From IMG/VR virus record IMGVR_UViG_3300042691_030776: a stretch of DNA of 64,000 nt. One strand, given 5' to 3'. The notes beneath the pieces are model-generated. The model did not search any database. It had not been told where the DNA came from and saw only the letters and a program-made list of their open reading frames with translations. Made by a program: the position numbers and the translations under genes. Of this stretch, positions 62,925 through 64,000 are shown in pieces; position 1 is the first letter of the stretch, and the number at the start of each line of letters is the position of its first letter. This stretch comes from a virus.

Positions 62925-63979
62925 TGTTTGATCATGTCAGTGAGTTCTTGCCATAACAAACTTTCAAACTCTCTAGAGTAAAACCAATGTAAGTTGTGCT
63001 CTACAACAGGTGCCAAGTGTTGTTGTAGTTGAGCTTTTTCTTTAGCACTCATTGACTCAAGATCTGCTAAGAGTTTGCCTATACGAGATATTCGTAGATC
63101 ATCGTCTTTGTCGTCGTAATCTTCGTTCCAAAAATCACCAAAGGTCTTAAAACCATACCGCCGCAGATACTCTAGGCTACCTTGACAGGATACTAACACA
63201 AACGGTTGTTGCATAACGATAGGGCGGAATGTTTTTTCTGTCAGGTGTTGTCTGCGTCCAGAGTACACTGTTTCTGTAACCACATTGAGCAGGCTTCGAT
63301 TAGCCAAGTCCCACATATCTATTCTATGACTGCTACCAGCATGATTAGCTCCATGATCAATGATCAATGGTAGGTTGACGTGCCCCAATGGGATATCGTA
63401 TTCTTGACATAATTCGGCTACGGTTTTATTTTCATAAGGACAGCGTTCAGGAAAACTAATGAAGTTTGAGTCAATGAGTTCTCGATCAACTAACTCGTTT
63501 AACAATGCCACTCTATGATGTCTCCGACCACCGATGATGTTGTTGGGGCAAAGGAATGTTCTTTCAATCTTTCTATCTAGAAATGGTTGTGATAGAAATG
63601 TATGATTGTAACCTCGATACCAGTCCAGTGCGGCCCATGCATGAAAGAAGTAATACCCAGAAGTCATGTTATAAGTATCGCATGTCCACTTTACATATTC
63701 GCTGTCATACTCTGAAGTTATTAACCAAAATGGACCTTTATTCCACTTATTGCGATATATTGGAACAAACTGATCAAATAGTATTTTTACTCGATCCAGA
63801 TGCAAAGGTTCTTGATCCCAAAAAAAGATTCGACCTTGGCTTTCATTTAACAACGGGTGATTTTTTATATCTTCAAAACTAGTAGACCCAAACGGATCAA
63901 ACCAATGTAGCCCTATATCAGCTCGGTGTTGCAGAGCCGACACAAATGTGTTATAATATATTTCATCGATACGAATCAT
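62918..63979 (-). CDS. GT-B-like glycosyltransferase (TEK motif) #6
   Basis: RHHR, LNVVTETV...LTEKTFRPIVMQQPF...GFKTF.DFWNEDYD. Confidence 0.55.
   Translation of the reverse strand: MIRIDEIYYNTFVSALQHRADIGLHWFDPFGSTSFEDIKNHPLLNESQGRIFFWDQEPLHLDRVKILFDQFVPIYRNKWNKGPFWLITSEYDSEYVKWTCDTYNMTSGYYFFHAWAALDWYRGYNHTFLSQPFLDRKIERTFLCPNNIIGGRRHHRVALLNELVDRELIDSNFISFPERCPYENKTVAELCQEYDIPLGHVNLPLIIDHGANHAGSSHRIDMWDLANRSLLNVVTETVYSGRRQHLTEKTFRPIVMQQPFVLVSCQGSLEYLRRYGFKTFGDFWNEDYDDKDDDLRISRIGKLLADLESMSAKEKAQLQQHLAPVVEHNLHWFYSREFESLLWQELTDMIKQW
63929..63957 (+). promoter_or_regulatory. Possible sigma70 promoter TTGCAG-17-TATAAT with TGn
   Basis: Inside the 5' end of the minus-strand gene, pointing at ATG 63978 (MFDVFYL...). 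Confidence 0.45.
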
Positions 63980-64000
63980 GTTTGACGTCTTTTATCTAAC

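Noticed and set aside
137-63882. Numerous 60-150 aa ORFs antisense to or nested in long genes (e.g. 800-1216, 5455-5898, 10234-10629, 19543-19962)
   Set aside because: Shadow frames of well-supported genes; no motifs or translation signals.
1-64000. Stop-codon reassignment as in some jumbo phages
   Set aside because: Genes are full length in the standard code and TAA, TAG and TGA all terminate coupled genes.

Overview
A 64-kb slice of a large T4-like (myovirus-type, probably jumbo) bacteriophage genome using the standard genetic code. Family assignments are from motif recognition and gene order, not database searches. 1-6062 (minus): head module (gp21 prohead protease, two core proteins, gp20 portal) and a tape-measure-like gene with a Zn-peptidase motif. 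6113-8448 (plus): gp26/gp51-like pair apparently joined by a -1 slippery site, then a three-gene accessory cassette including an ATE/Bpt-like aminoacyl-transferase fold. 8448-8882: a ~430-nt non-coding, densely base-paired element with a long-range helix and a pseudoknot, directly downstream of a short basic GIY-YIG nuclease. 8883-13047 (minus): GIY-YIG, gp46, gp47, gp55 late sigma factor. 13160-42578 (plus): baseplate/tail module (tube-initiator-like, gp53, hub, gp5, gp25, gp6, a 4860-aa wedge/adhesin protein, fibre proteins). 42651-64000: a >21-kb tailoring-enzyme island with six radical SAM enzymes, about nine glycosyltransferase-like genes, a carbamoyltransferase with an unannotated 33-aa partner, an amidinotransferase and an SGNH-like protein. 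Best candidates for undescribed biology: (i) the GIY-YIG + structured ncRNA pair, (ii) the rSAM/glycosyltransferase island, (iii) the gp26-gp51 programmed frameshift. No tRNA, rRNA, CRISPR array or transposase was recognised.
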